This document shows, piece after piece, positions 17,268 through 26,603 of a stretch of 64,000 nucleotides of DNA. The DNA lies in assembly GCA_002070205.1 (NCBI GenBank), contig MWCU01000117.1, forward strand, positions 1,993 through 65,992, read 5' to 3'. Source of the DNA: Firmicutes bacterium ADurb.Bin182 (GTDB lineage: Bacteria; Bacillota; Clostridia; Christensenellales; CAG-138). How positions within the stretch are numbered: the stretch's first letter is position 1; each line of letters starts with the position of its first letter. The position numbers were made by a program, and so were the translations under genes. Under the pieces are notes generated by a model that worked only from the letters and a program-made list of their open reading frames with translations, was not told the DNA's origin and made no database searches.

Positions 17268-19448
17268 TCAAAGCGAAAGTATCTCTTTCGACATGCCCTC
17301 GATATCGAGGCCGTCCGCCGCAAACGCCTTGCGAAGAAGCGCGTGAGGCACGAATTCGTCATATTTGCCGAGATAGGGCGCTTCGTCCGCTTCCATAAGC
17401 GAATAAGGGTCGGGCGGATTTTCGGCCTGCCGAAGGATCGCTTGCGCTACCGTATCAGCGTCAGGCGTTCCGGCGACCGTTAAATAGTACGGTTCCGTCG
17501 GAAGTATTTTCCTAAGCCCCAAAGGCCTGGAAAGGAGAAGCTTCAGCTCCCTCGTCAAAGTGCGAAACTGCCTGCTCCCGAGCCACGGCAGAATAAACAG
17601 CGTATCCCCTCCCGCGTTGAGCACGAAATTGCGCAAAAGTCCGCTCTCTTTTGCAAGCCTCCGCGCGCGTTCCAGCCTGCCGGCCGCGTTGGGCCTCAAA
17701 TAGGGATAGACCTCAGTCCCTTCGAGTATTTCATACATTTTTTTTATAACGCGCGTATGTATGTCCCCGCCCGCGCCAAGCCACAGAGTATCCGCTTTGC
17801 CTCTTATAGGCTCGACGTATACAGCCTTGTGCTTGGCGTCCACCTCGAGAATGCGCCAGGCTTTTCCCGCAAGCGTCATCGCGTATCCCGGCGGAGGCAC
17901 TACATTGATGCTTCCTATCTCCTCCGTCCCGGAATATACGGAATGCTCCTCATCGTCCTTGAATACCGCGTAAAAACGGAAGTTGTTCACTATTCTCTCT
18001 CCCGCCAGCCCGATTATAAGCGTTCCCTCTTCCGTATTTTGAATGTGATCGGTCTCTGTCAGGTACCGAAGCAGCGCTTTATAATCTTCAGGGTCTATAT
18101 TTTTAAACGCGGGCAGGGACAGAACCTCCCGGGCCAGCCGCGCGGGAGCCGTTTCACCGAGGCTTTTGAGTACGCTCATCGTCTGGTGATACAGAAGGCC
18201 CATAGGCTGCGAGCGAAGAGTAAAGGGTTCTATCCATTTATCCTTGGTATAAAGCTCGATGACCGATACGGCGCGCAGCAGAGTCCAAGGAATCCTCGAC
18301 GGCAGTGGCGCTTCCTCATCCTCCTCCTCCGCACATACGAAAAGCATTTCGGGAGGATTTCCCCTCCGTCCGGAGCGTCCGAGCCTCTGCACAAAGCTTG
18401 AGCAGGTCGTTGGCGCTCCGAGCTGCAGCACCCTGTCAAGATCGCCAAGGTCAATTCCAAGCTCAAGAGTTACGGTCGCCGCAGTTACGACGGGTCCCGC
18501 ACCGGTTCGCAGCTTAGACTCGGCCTCCTCGCGAAGCATGGCGGAAATGCTTCCGTGATGGACGTAAAACACATCCCGTTCCGCCCTTTTCCCCGCTACG
18601 ACGCGAAGCTCCCGTGTTATCATTTCCGCGTCGTCGCGGCTGTTGGTAAATATCAGGCTTTTTTTTGTGTGGGTATGGTCATAAACATAGTCGAAATACG
18701 CCTTCCGGGCGTTTTCCAGAGCTTTTGCCTGCTCCTCGTCCCGCGCGTCCGGAAGCGAAAAATGCTCGACCGCCAAAAGTATCCTCCTGCCCGCATCCGG
18801 GTGTACGACCGACACGCCGCTCAAAGTGCCCTCCCTCAGCCACGCGACAGCCGTTTCATAATCATCCATAGTCGCGGATAAACCGATGCGCCTCGGAGAA
18901 CATCCCGCCATGCGCTCTATCCTCGAGAGTTGGCAAATAAGCTGCGCTCCCCTCGTCTCGTTCATAAAAGCGTGGACTTCGTCCACTATTATGAATCTTA
19001 AGTCGCAAAAAAGGGAGGGAATTGAATTTGGCCTGTTCATCAAAAGCCCTTCAAGCGATTCCGGCGTGATCTGCAAAACGCCCGAAGGATTTCGCATAAG
19101 TTTGGTTTTTTCGGCCTGCGACACATCTCCGTGCCAATGCCAGACCGGAATATTCGCTTCGTTCAAGAGGTCGTTCAGGCGTTCGAACTGATCGTTGATA
19201 AGGGCTTTTAAAGGGCCTATATATAAAATCCCGACGCTGCGGGAAGGGTTTTCATAAAGCTGAGTCAGCGCGGGGAAAAAAGCGGCTTCGGTCTTACCGC
19301 TCGCTGTTCCTGTCGCTATCAGGAGATGGTCTTGAGTGTCGAAAAGGACCCTGCAAGCTTCGATTTGGGCATCCCGAAGCTCTTCCCACCTTTGCGCATA
19401 TATCCACTCCTGAATGAAAGGGGCAAGACGGTAAAAAGGATTGCTCAT
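17268..19448 (-). CDS. sngC: Lhr-like DEXH-box helicase (Shango SngC-like / BrxHI-like)
   Basis: Helicase motifs are GTASGKTEA (I), IIVDEVH (II), LSAT (III), ELGIDLG and QRLGRSGRR (VI), followed by a long C-terminal extension. The start overlaps the upstream stop as ATGA (19445-19448). Confidence 0.75.
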   Translation of the reverse strand: MSNPFYRLAPFIQEWIYAQRWEELRDAQIEACRVLFDTQDHLLIATGTASGKTEAAFFPALTQLYENPSRSVGILYIGPLKALINDQFERLNDLLNEANIPVWHWHGDVSQAEKTKLMRNPSGVLQITPESLEGLLMNRPNSIPSLFCDLRFIIVDEVHAFMNETRGAQLICQLSRIERMAGCSPRRIGLSATMDDYETAVAWLREGTLSGVSVVHPDAGRRILLAVEHFSLPDARDEEQAKALENARKAYFDYVYDHTHTKKSLIFTNSRDDAEMITRELRVVAGKRAERDVFYVHHGSISAMLREEAESKLRTGAGPVVTAATVTLELGIDLGDLDRVLQLGAPTTCSSFVQRLGRSGRRGNPPEMLFVCAEEEDEEAPLPSRIPWTLLRAVSVIELYTKDKWIEPFTLRSQPMGLLYHQTMSVLKSLGETAPARLAREVLSLPAFKNIDPEDYKALLRYLTETDHIQNTEEGTLIIGLAGERIVNNFRFYAVFKDDEEHSVYSGTEEIGSINVVPPPGYAMTLAGKAWRILEVDAKHKAVYVEPIRGKADTLWLGAGGDIHTRVIKKMYEILEGTEVYPYLRPNAAGRLERARRLAKESGLLRNFVLNAGGDTLFILPWLGSRQFRTLTRELKLLLSRPLGLRKILPTEPYYLTVAGTPDADTVAQAILRQAENPPDPYSLMEADEAPYLGKYDEFVPHALLRKAFAADGLDIEGMSKEILSL

Positions 19449-20818
19449 AACTCGAACTCCGTTAAGAACCCGGTCAAGTCCTCGTCGGGATCCTTGGAAG
19501 CGGGTTTTACTTTATGGTCCTTGACCAGCTCTTCAAATTTCACGTCCGGATTTTGCAGCAGGACGTCCTGAATATCCATAAAATCGCGTATCACCTCGCG
19601 CGGGGTAAGCAACGCGTCCGCCCCCATTCTGCCAACAGCCGTCTCCATAAACAAAACAAGCTCTTCGTCGGTTATTTTCGATTGATAGCCGTGATGCCCG
19701 CTATGAAGAGCCCTGAGTTTTTGGAGCAGGAGAAAAATCTCCTCGTTGGAGAGCATTTCAAGCTTTAAAACGGGTCCCGAGGTGTTTTTAAATCCTCCGG
19801 AAGAAAACCTTCCTTCAATAAGCCTTGTGCGCAGCGCTTCATAGCTGTAAAGCCCCCTTCGCTGATCCTCCACAAACTGGGGAGTTCCGCCCATGAAAAT
19901 TGCCAGGTGCGACGCTTTACCCTGCATGGTGTCATTGAACATCATGAGCAGCTTCTCGTAATTTGCGGTCCTTGCAATGCTGTTCGTTATTTTGTAAAGA
20001 TTGACGCCCTCGTCGATAAAAAGGATCAGCCCCCTGTAACCTATCCTGGTCACAAATTCCGCCCAGAGCTTGATATAGTCGTACCAGCTTTCGTCGTCTA
20101 TTATCGCGCTAACGCCCAAAGCCTGACGCGCTTCGGTTTTTGTTGAAAACTCGCCTCTCAGCCACCTGAGCGCTGCCTGCGTTTTTTGGTCGTCCGCTTC
20201 TTTGTAACCCCGGTAATATGTCGCGACAGCCAAAGAAAAATCAAACCCGTGCACCATGTATTCAAGCTCGCCGGCAGCAAAGAGTATGCTCTCCTCGACC
20301 ATTCGGGGCAGCGCCGGATCGCCGGGATGCAGCCCGTTTTCCTTCATCAGTTTTTGGGAGATTCCCGTTATCCATTTTTGAAGTATCATTTCAAGCGCGC
20401 CTCCGTCGGGGCGGGTGCGCGTCGCGAGATTGGTCATAAGCTCCCTGTATGTTGCGTGTCCCTGCCCTTTCGTACCCACAAGCCTTCTTTCAGGAGAAAG
20501 GTCAGAGTCCGCCACGACAAAATCGCGATCCATAGCAAAGTTCCGGATAGTCTGAAGCATAAAGCTCTTCCCGCTTCCGTATCTTCCGGTTATAAGCTTG
20601 AACGCGGCTGCGCCCTGAGCCGTATTGTCAAGGTCGCTTAAAAGAGCCTGGATTTCAGCCTTGCGGCCGACCGCGATATGCTCGAGGCCGACCCTCGGCA
20701 CCACGCCCGCGGTCAGCGAGTTGACGAGAGCCGTGGACACGCGTTTGGGTATTTTAAATTCGTTCATTAAGCCGTTCCTGCCTGTCAAATATCTTGCCGA
20801 GGACGGGTACGTATTCAT
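19445..20818 (-). CDS. sngB: P-loop ATPase, DUF2791/BrxD-like (Shango SngB-like)
   Basis: It has Walker A GRYGSGKSF and Walker B LILFIDEG. The ATG at 20818 has a GAGGA RBS and overlaps the upstream gene by 65 nt. An alternative ATG at 20767 would overlap by 14 nt. Confidence 0.7.
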   Translation of the reverse strand: MNTYPSSARYLTGRNGLMNEFKIPKRVSTALVNSLTAGVVPRVGLEHIAVGRKAEIQALLSDLDNTAQGAAAFKLITGRYGSGKSFMLQTIRNFAMDRDFVVADSDLSPERRLVGTKGQGHATYRELMTNLATRTRPDGGALEMILQKWITGISQKLMKENGLHPGDPALPRMVEESILFAAGELEYMVHGFDFSLAVATYYRGYKEADDQKTQAALRWLRGEFSTKTEARQALGVSAIIDDESWYDYIKLWAEFVTRIGYRGLILFIDEGVNLYKITNSIARTANYEKLLMMFNDTMQGKASHLAIFMGGTPQFVEDQRRGLYSYEALRTRLIEGRFSSGGFKNTSGPVLKLEMLSNEEIFLLLQKLRALHSGHHGYQSKITDEELVLFMETAVGRMGADALLTPREVIRDFMDIQDVLLQNPDVKFEELVKDHKVKPASKDPDEDLTGFLTEFEL

Positions 20819-23800
20819 CCTCTATCCTCATATCCGTTATGATTATATCATTAAGCGTTTCCATCGCGGCTTCGTTTACGGAGTCTACCATTATTTGCGT
20901 CATCACTCCCGACTTGTCCGCCAAACGCTGAAGCTCGCCGGCATTATTAAAATAAACAGCGCGAAGGATTTCCAGCAGTTCGGGGGGCAAGTTTTCAACA
21001 AACGACTTCCAGCCGCCGCCCAATTCCGCAAGCCCCGAAAAAGCGGCCTCGTTCTCGCGTTTTTCGCCGAGCAGCATTTGAAGCTCATCCCGAAAATCCT
21101 CGTCGACCAGTATTTTGTGCCCCTCCTCAACAATCAGAAGCCTTTTGAGCATGTCAAGCGCTTTTTCATTGACCGAGTTCACGGCAAGCTCCGCAAAAAA
21201 GCCGGACTCGCTGCCGAGTTCGCTGCCGCTCACCTCCCACCCGCTTTCAAAAAGATGAGTGAGCAAACGACTCTCGTCGATTGAAAGGGACTGTACGAGC
21301 TCTTTTAAACTTGAGGGTCCGGTTTTATGCAAGTTCGCTTCTGCACCATACGGGAATCCTGTTTCCTCCGGCTCGTCGAAGCCTTGCACAGTCAGCATTT
21401 CCCGGGTCATATCCGATTCTTTCGCAATGCGGGCAAGTTTATCCCGGTCAAGCGTGACTTTGACCGGTTCCGGCTTTTCAGTGAACTCCCTCTCCAGATA
21501 AAGCTCTATAAGCTTTTGAATATCGAGCTCAAGATCGACGCCCCTGAGCTTTCCCGAAGCACCTTTTATATCCCTTAGCTTATTCTCCGCGCACCGTATG
21601 ACCTGCGCCAAAAAATCCCTTAACGGCGCGTGCGTGCTGAGCGGAGCGACGGTGAGCTTTATTTCACGCACCGTCCCCGTATAGACAGCGCTTCTGAATA
21701 CGGAGCGCGTTCGAACGAGCCGGCCGGGATTGAACATTTCGATTATCCTTTGCCCATGCCTTTTTTTCAGGTATGAATCCACAAGCGCTATCACCTTGGG
21801 CAGGCAGAGGTCAATTTCTGCCGAATCTACGCTTTGATAAAACCTGCTTTGCCGGATATCGTAATTCGAGGCGCGTGAAAGCATTGAAATGCCGATATCC
21901 ACAGGCTCTGCGCTCAACCTGCGATAAAGCTCCATATCCAGCAAATCTCCGGTTATATTGTTCCCGCTCAACGATAAAATTTCCTGCACGGAAACATCGA
22001 TTTCGTATAAAAATATGAAATCGACCATCCAGTTTACGAGGTATTCGTCAAGCTTCGGATAAGTTTGCCTGTAAGCCCTCCAAACCGCCATCAGCCTGTC
22101 ATACCCCTGCCGTTTCGTTTCGCAGCCTACGAGGTTCAAAAGCTCATATATGTAAAGGAATATATAGGAAAGATCGGTCTTCGGATATCTTTGGTTTCGA
22201 ACCTCGCTTCTCCAGTAAATATACCATTGAGTTTGCTCCTGCGTCATCCGGTCATAGGTAGGCCAATAAGTCATGAACGGAACAAACTCGGCGAAATCGA
22301 GAGATCTGTCGGCGAGCTCGTGCGCCATCCTTATAAACCGCGGCTCGGGGCTTTCAAAAACGGGTCTTCCGGGCGGAATTCCGGCCGTACCGGTATGCGA
22401 AAAAACGGGCCTTTTGGGGATGGAAACTCCTTTTGAATGCAGCGCTCCGGGTATTTTGACGGAGGCGAAGTTCTGCTTTTCGAAATTATAATACGGACGA
22501 AAGCTGTGAGGGCGGGGCAGCCTCGGAAACTGCCTGTCGGGATCGATAACGGAGAACATCCCTATGAACTTATTCGGTATCCTTAAAAGCGATCGTTGGA
22601 TCTCTTCATGCCTTTCCGTCAGTTTATAGGCGTTTTCGGAATAAAGCGCGATCCTGAGCCTTGCCTTTATGCGATATAAATCCCGAAACGTTTTGCTTAC
22701 CTCCGTTTTTGTCATGTTATCGGGCTCGAGCAATATAAGCAAGTCAAAAGCGGCGGATAATACTTGATCGGACTTTTCCAGCTCGCCTGAAGAAATGACC
22801 CGTATCCCTCCCGGGTGCAAGTATGCGAAGGCGTCTTCAGGCAGGATATAAGGGCGAAGCCGCGCCAAATAAGAATCGATTTCCTTTAAAAGAGCCTTTT
22901 TCCCGACTATAAGCACCCTGCAGTCAGGAGCGGCGGTTTGAAGGCCCGATAAAAACTCGACCGTATCCTGCATGTTCCGCTCAACGCCTCCCAAAAGACC
23001 GCCGCTGACGCCCCATTTCGCCAAAAACGCGAGGTGATGGAAACTCCTTCTTTCCTGCGCTTCTCCATAGCCGAAGTCAATTATCTCCATATGCGTCCAG
23101 GGACCTTTAAGCCTGTCGCTGCCGCGCCTGAAAAGCTCTTCGTCCTTTAAGGGATACGGCTTGTCCAGCGGCATTCCGTCCGAGGTCCTTCCCATTCTCC
23201 CAAGTCCCGCCGAATTCAGCAAGGATACGGGCACAAACCCGTGATCGAGCCGAACGTAGCCGGAAGAAGAGATCGACCGCGAGACTTTTGCGGGGTCATA
23301 CTCTTTCCCGCCCGCTTGGAGAACCGCCCTTGCATAAGGCCGGCCGACGCCTTTTTTTAATTCCGGATATGCCTGAAGCTTAAGTTCCGCCTTATCGAAC
23401 ACGTCATGCATCCGAATAAGCAAACTCAAATCGCCCTGTATGAACGGCGCCCATACGCCCTTTGCGGCCAGCACGAAATCCGCAATGTCGTCGCCCTCAA
23501 GAACACGCCGCTGCCCGCTTGAAAAAAACCTGTTAAAAAGCTCCCCGGAAAGCTTCGGGCGAACCGCACCGCAACATACAGCAAAATCCTCCGTTTCCCG
23601 GATCCTCACAGCATCGGCGCATTCGTCTCTAAGTTCTATTTCAACTGTGTTTTCACCGGCGTTTATTATGCGGATTTTATTTAGCGGCTCATCGAGATAG
23701 ACTAGCGGACAGTCGTAAGCTACGCCTTTTTTTGACCATTCCGGCAGCACGTCCCTTAAAAATGCTACAAGCGCAGCGCCTTCGATAATATTGCCGATAT

Positions 23801-24302
23801 ACTGAGCATGAGAAGCTTCAAGCCCGCTTTTCCACATTTGCTCGCCGCACAGGAACCATCCGTCACCAAGTGAGATCACTTCGTTTTGCGGCTTGAAGAG
23901 CAAAGCCCCGCCCTCCCGAACGAACGAAATGCGAAACCAACCGGGCGGCTCCGTTATATCCACCCTTTTTACAAACGCGTCCAGTTCAAAGGCGGCGATC
24001 TTTTTTTCTATTTGGATCGAGCATTTGAACATCCACGCGCGGACCTGTTCAAAATACGCGGGTCTGATATTTACCGAATCCGAATTCGTAAACAACGGCA
24101 CGGGAGGGATCAGGCGGAACGGCAGCGAATCCATCGCCTTGCGCAATGACACGGGTTCGCCGTTATCGGATGCATGCAGAATGAAGCATGCCTGATTTGC
24201 TTCAAAAGACAAACGGAAGCACGGATGCTGCTCCGAAACCGGAAACGACGGCCTGTCCACTTTATTACATCCCTTTTTCACCGGTTTTTTGCGAGAGAAC
24301 AT
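20754..24302 (-). CDS. sngA: TerB-N / TerB-C domain protein with long N-terminal extension (Shango SngA-like)
   Basis: The TerB-N-like block is FVPFMTYWPTYDRMTQEQTQWYIYWRSEVRNQRYPKTDLSYIFLYIYELLN (aa ~670-725). Two TerB-C-like modules lie near the C-terminus, containing AVNSVNEKALDMLKRLLIVEEG and MVDSVNEAAMETLNDIIITD. The first ~650 aa have no family that I can name with confidence. Confidence 0.7.
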   Translation of the reverse strand: MFSRKKPVKKGCNKVDRPSFPVSEQHPCFRLSFEANQACFILHASDNGEPVSLRKAMDSLPFRLIPPVPLFTNSDSVNIRPAYFEQVRAWMFKCSIQIEKKIAAFELDAFVKRVDITEPPGWFRISFVREGGALLFKPQNEVISLGDGWFLCGEQMWKSGLEASHAQYIGNIIEGAALVAFLRDVLPEWSKKGVAYDCPLVYLDEPLNKIRIINAGENTVEIELRDECADAVRIRETEDFAVCCGAVRPKLSGELFNRFFSSGQRRVLEGDDIADFVLAAKGVWAPFIQGDLSLLIRMHDVFDKAELKLQAYPELKKGVGRPYARAVLQAGGKEYDPAKVSRSISSSGYVRLDHGFVPVSLLNSAGLGRMGRTSDGMPLDKPYPLKDEELFRRGSDRLKGPWTHMEIIDFGYGEAQERRSFHHLAFLAKWGVSGGLLGGVERNMQDTVEFLSGLQTAAPDCRVLIVGKKALLKEIDSYLARLRPYILPEDAFAYLHPGGIRVISSGELEKSDQVLSAAFDLLILLEPDNMTKTEVSKTFRDLYRIKARLRIALYSENAYKLTERHEEIQRSLLRIPNKFIGMFSVIDPDRQFPRLPRPHSFRPYYNFEKQNFASVKIPGALHSKGVSIPKRPVFSHTGTAGIPPGRPVFESPEPRFIRMAHELADRSLDFAEFVPFMTYWPTYDRMTQEQTQWYIYWRSEVRNQRYPKTDLSYIFLYIYELLNLVGCETKRQGYDRLMAVWRAYRQTYPKLDEYLVNWMVDFIFLYEIDVSVQEILSLSGNNITGDLLDMELYRRLSAEPVDIGISMLSRASNYDIRQSRFYQSVDSAEIDLCLPKVIALVDSYLKKRHGQRIIEMFNPGRLVRTRSVFRSAVYTGTVREIKLTVAPLSTHAPLRDFLAQVIRCAENKLRDIKGASGKLRGVDLELDIQKLIELYLEREFTEKPEPVKVTLDRDKLARIAKESDMTREMLTVQGFDEPEETGFPYGAEANLHKTGPSSLKELVQSLSIDESRLLTHLFESGWEVSGSELGSESGFFAELAVNSVNEKALDMLKRLLIVEEGHKILVDEDFRDELQMLLGEKRENEAAFSGLAELGGGWKSFVENLPPELLEILRAVYFNNAGELQRLADKSGVMTQIMVDSVNEAAMETLNDIIITDMRIEDEYVPVLGKIFDRQERLNERI

Positions 24303-24572
24303 GCCGCTTTCATTACAGTCGCCAAGTAATCACAGATTGAATCATGCGCATCGTCATGCCGGCGTTTCTCACCACGCCGGTTGAACGGTACCGGCGGGCT
24401 TCGCCGAAAATGCTCGTTACGGCGCTGCTATTCCCAAACTGTTCGCATAGCGGCACAAAAAACCTTCGCTTTACCGGCGATCATCCTTCTTATTCAGTGT
24501 TTACTTATTATCATACCAAATATTCCCGATGTTTTCTATACGGGATGGCCGCCGAAACTTCTAAGACGCGCC

Positions 24573-24863
24573 CTAGTATATGGAAGTATAGCCGGACATG
24601 GTATGGCGGTGCCCGTCATTAAATCCCGTAATTCCGGTGTAATAATGTACATGCCCTCCGTCGCTGCCCATTTCGGGCCCGGACGTAAAAGCATAGCTGT
24701 GCATATGGCGGTCTGCAACAGCAGTTCGTCCGTCCAATGCGTGCTTGTGTCCGGGAACGTCCGGAGCTGCGCCTGTTTCGCCGGAATAGCGATGCCTGTG
24801 GCCGTCGTTAAATGAAGTTTCTCCGTTATAAGAATGAGTATGGAAACCCTGAGTATAATCCAC
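24573..24863 (-). CDS. YmaF family protein (His-rich repeats)
   Basis: It has a GTG start 7 nt after GGAGGTG. The motifs DGHRH, GHKH, DRHMH, GGHVH and DGHRH recur and the product is 96 aa. I prefer this over the overlapping 178-aa ORF. Confidence 0.7.
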   Translation of the reverse strand: MDYTQGFHTHSYNGETSFNDGHRHRYSGETGAAPDVPGHKHALDGRTAVADRHMHSYAFTSGPEMGSDGGHVHYYTGITGFNDGHRHTMSGYTSIY

Positions 24864-25116
24864 AATTCTTCACCTCCGTATATTGTATGTATGTATTCAC
24901 AGATCTGACACTCCGTTTCCGTTTCGGGCAAGCCCGTAACGATACAACCGCTGAGCCCCGCGCCGAACGCGCTCCCGCCGCCCCCGAAAAGCCGCGCGGC
25001 TAAAAAAACATATATATTGATATTTTTAATATTCGCTTGACTTTTTTTAAGAAAACCATTAATGTCATTCAAGCATGGATTTTTGAAACTGTATATTCTT
25101 GATAGGAGAAAGCCGA

Positions 25117-25650
25117 ATGGAATTCTTGTCCGGAAACAGCATTTGGGTCTATATGTTTATTTTCCTCGGGAAAATAATCGAAGTAACGCTGTCTACGCTA
25201 AGAGTCGTACTCATCAGCCGTGGAGAACGGCTTGCGGGATCGGTCATAGCTTTTTTTGATATTTCATTGTGGATTCTTGTTACCGGAACGGTTTTGGTCG
25301 GGTTTCAGGAAGATCTTATGAAATGCGCCGTATTTGCGGTAGCATTCGCTCTCGGCAATTATATTGGTTCCTGGCTGGAAGGAAAGCTTGCTTTCGGATT
25401 GTGTTCCGTTCAGGTAATTGTGAATGAAGACGTAGAAACACGAAATCTGATAGAAATATTAAGAAAAAACGACCTTGCCGTCACTGCCGTAAAGGGTAAA
25501 GGAAAAGACGGCGACCGGGAATTGCTTATACTTCACATAAAACGAAAACGCATAAAGGAAACCGTTGACCTTATTAATCGCAACCTGGAAAACGCTTTGA
25601 TAGTCGTATCCGATTCAAAGGTTTTGAGGGGCGGATATATCAAAAAGTAG
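25117..25650 (+). CDS. UPF0316/DUF2179 family membrane protein
   Basis: The ATG at 25117 follows AGGAGA. The N-terminal TM region contains LGKIIEVTLSTLRVVLISRGERL, and a soluble C-terminal domain follows. Confidence 0.7.
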   Translation: MEFLSGNSIWVYMFIFLGKIIEVTLSTLRVVLISRGERLAGSVIAFFDISLWILVTGTVLVGFQEDLMKCAVFAVAFALGNYIGSWLEGKLAFGLCSVQVIVNEDVETRNLIEILRKNDLAVTAVKGKGKDGDRELLILHIKRKRIKETVDLINRNLENALIVVSDSKVLRGGYIKK

Positions 25651-25766
25651 CTCCGGTAACTCCGGCAGCCCGCTGCCCGCAGATTTACGGGACGAATACA
25701 GAAATCAAAATGAGCGTACACAAAAAATTGCATACGTTCAAGAAGTGTTAAACCGGTCTTGTTTCA

Positions 25767-26129
25767 TTATATTCCCGGAATGCTGCCTATTATTTCGCGG
25801 GTCGAAGGGTCTACGACGTATGTCGGACTAGGTCCTTCCCATAGAGTTTGGTCGAAGCTCACCAAATAATATTCTCCCTTTTTCAGTTCGATCGGTTTAT
25901 TTGTTTTAAAATCGCGAAGCAACCTGGGACCCAATTCGGCTCGCGTAATGCTCGCAAACGCAATCCAGCTTACGGAACGGCCGGTTCTGTTCAGGGTTTT
26001 TCGGACTTGGCTTACGACTTCCGCGTTTTCAAGCGAAAAGTCCATCCTTATAAAATTTATCACGAATATCGTCGTGACGACAACGACAATAAAAAGGAGC
26101 ACATACGCAACAACTTTTGCAATTTTCAT
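25767..26129 (-). CDS. membrane-anchored hypothetical protein
   Basis: It has one N-terminal TM helix (VVAYVLLFIVVVVTTIFVINF) and no recognisable domain. The start is uncertain (26129 or 26144). Confidence 0.45.
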   Translation of the reverse strand: MKIAKVVAYVLLFIVVVVTTIFVINFIRMDFSLENAEVVSQVRKTLNRTGRSVSWIAFASITRAELGPRLLRDFKTNKPIELKKGEYYLVSFDQTLWEGPSPTYVVDPSTREIIGSIPGI

Positions 26130-26603
26130 AGTTATCCCCATCAATCAAGCTCTTTTTTAAGTTGTCACCAATCGTTGAAAGACGCTTAAAAAATATCCGG
26201 TATCCTGTTGTCCCCATAGACGCCGCATTGCGGCCGGGTGAGCTTTTCATTTGCCGCTTTTGTTGCGCACATTCCGAGCTGCGGCGCAACATTTTGAGAT
26301 GGCGCTGATGATTTAAAATGTTTTTTACTATTGTATATTTATGTTATCAATAAGCCGGGCAGATTGCAACGGATATTACATAATAAGACAATTTTTTTAT
26401 TCTGCCCCGAATCAGATTTCGTTCCGCCGCAACCCGGAAGGAATCTCACCGCCTTTCCGCTTATGTTTATTATAACAATATACCTGATGATGAAAATTTC
26501 AGAACTGTAAATTTTTTTGTTTTTGGCATTTTAACTTTTTATTAAAAAGAATAAATACCGGTGGCGGAACGGATAATATATAGTAAAAACGGGAGGTGAT
26601 ATC

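Noticed and set aside
24536-25072. A 178-aa minus-strand ORF, plus the plus-strand ORFs 24344-24622 and 24381-24815
   Set aside because: These overlap the YmaF-family gene, which has a strong RBS and a recognisable repeat family signature. They have no domain signal.
26340-26603. Possible c-di-AMP (ydaO-type) riboswitch in the long leader of the LysM-CAP gene. The cue was fragments CCCCGAATC and AACCCGGAAGGAATC and a GGGCAGA...TCTGCCC stem.
   Set aside because: I could not align the conserved ydaO cores (GGGGGACCCA, GGGGUGAAUCC, CAGCUAACCUCGUAAGCG-like). The resemblance is limited to short strings. A cmsearch with RF00379 would settle it.
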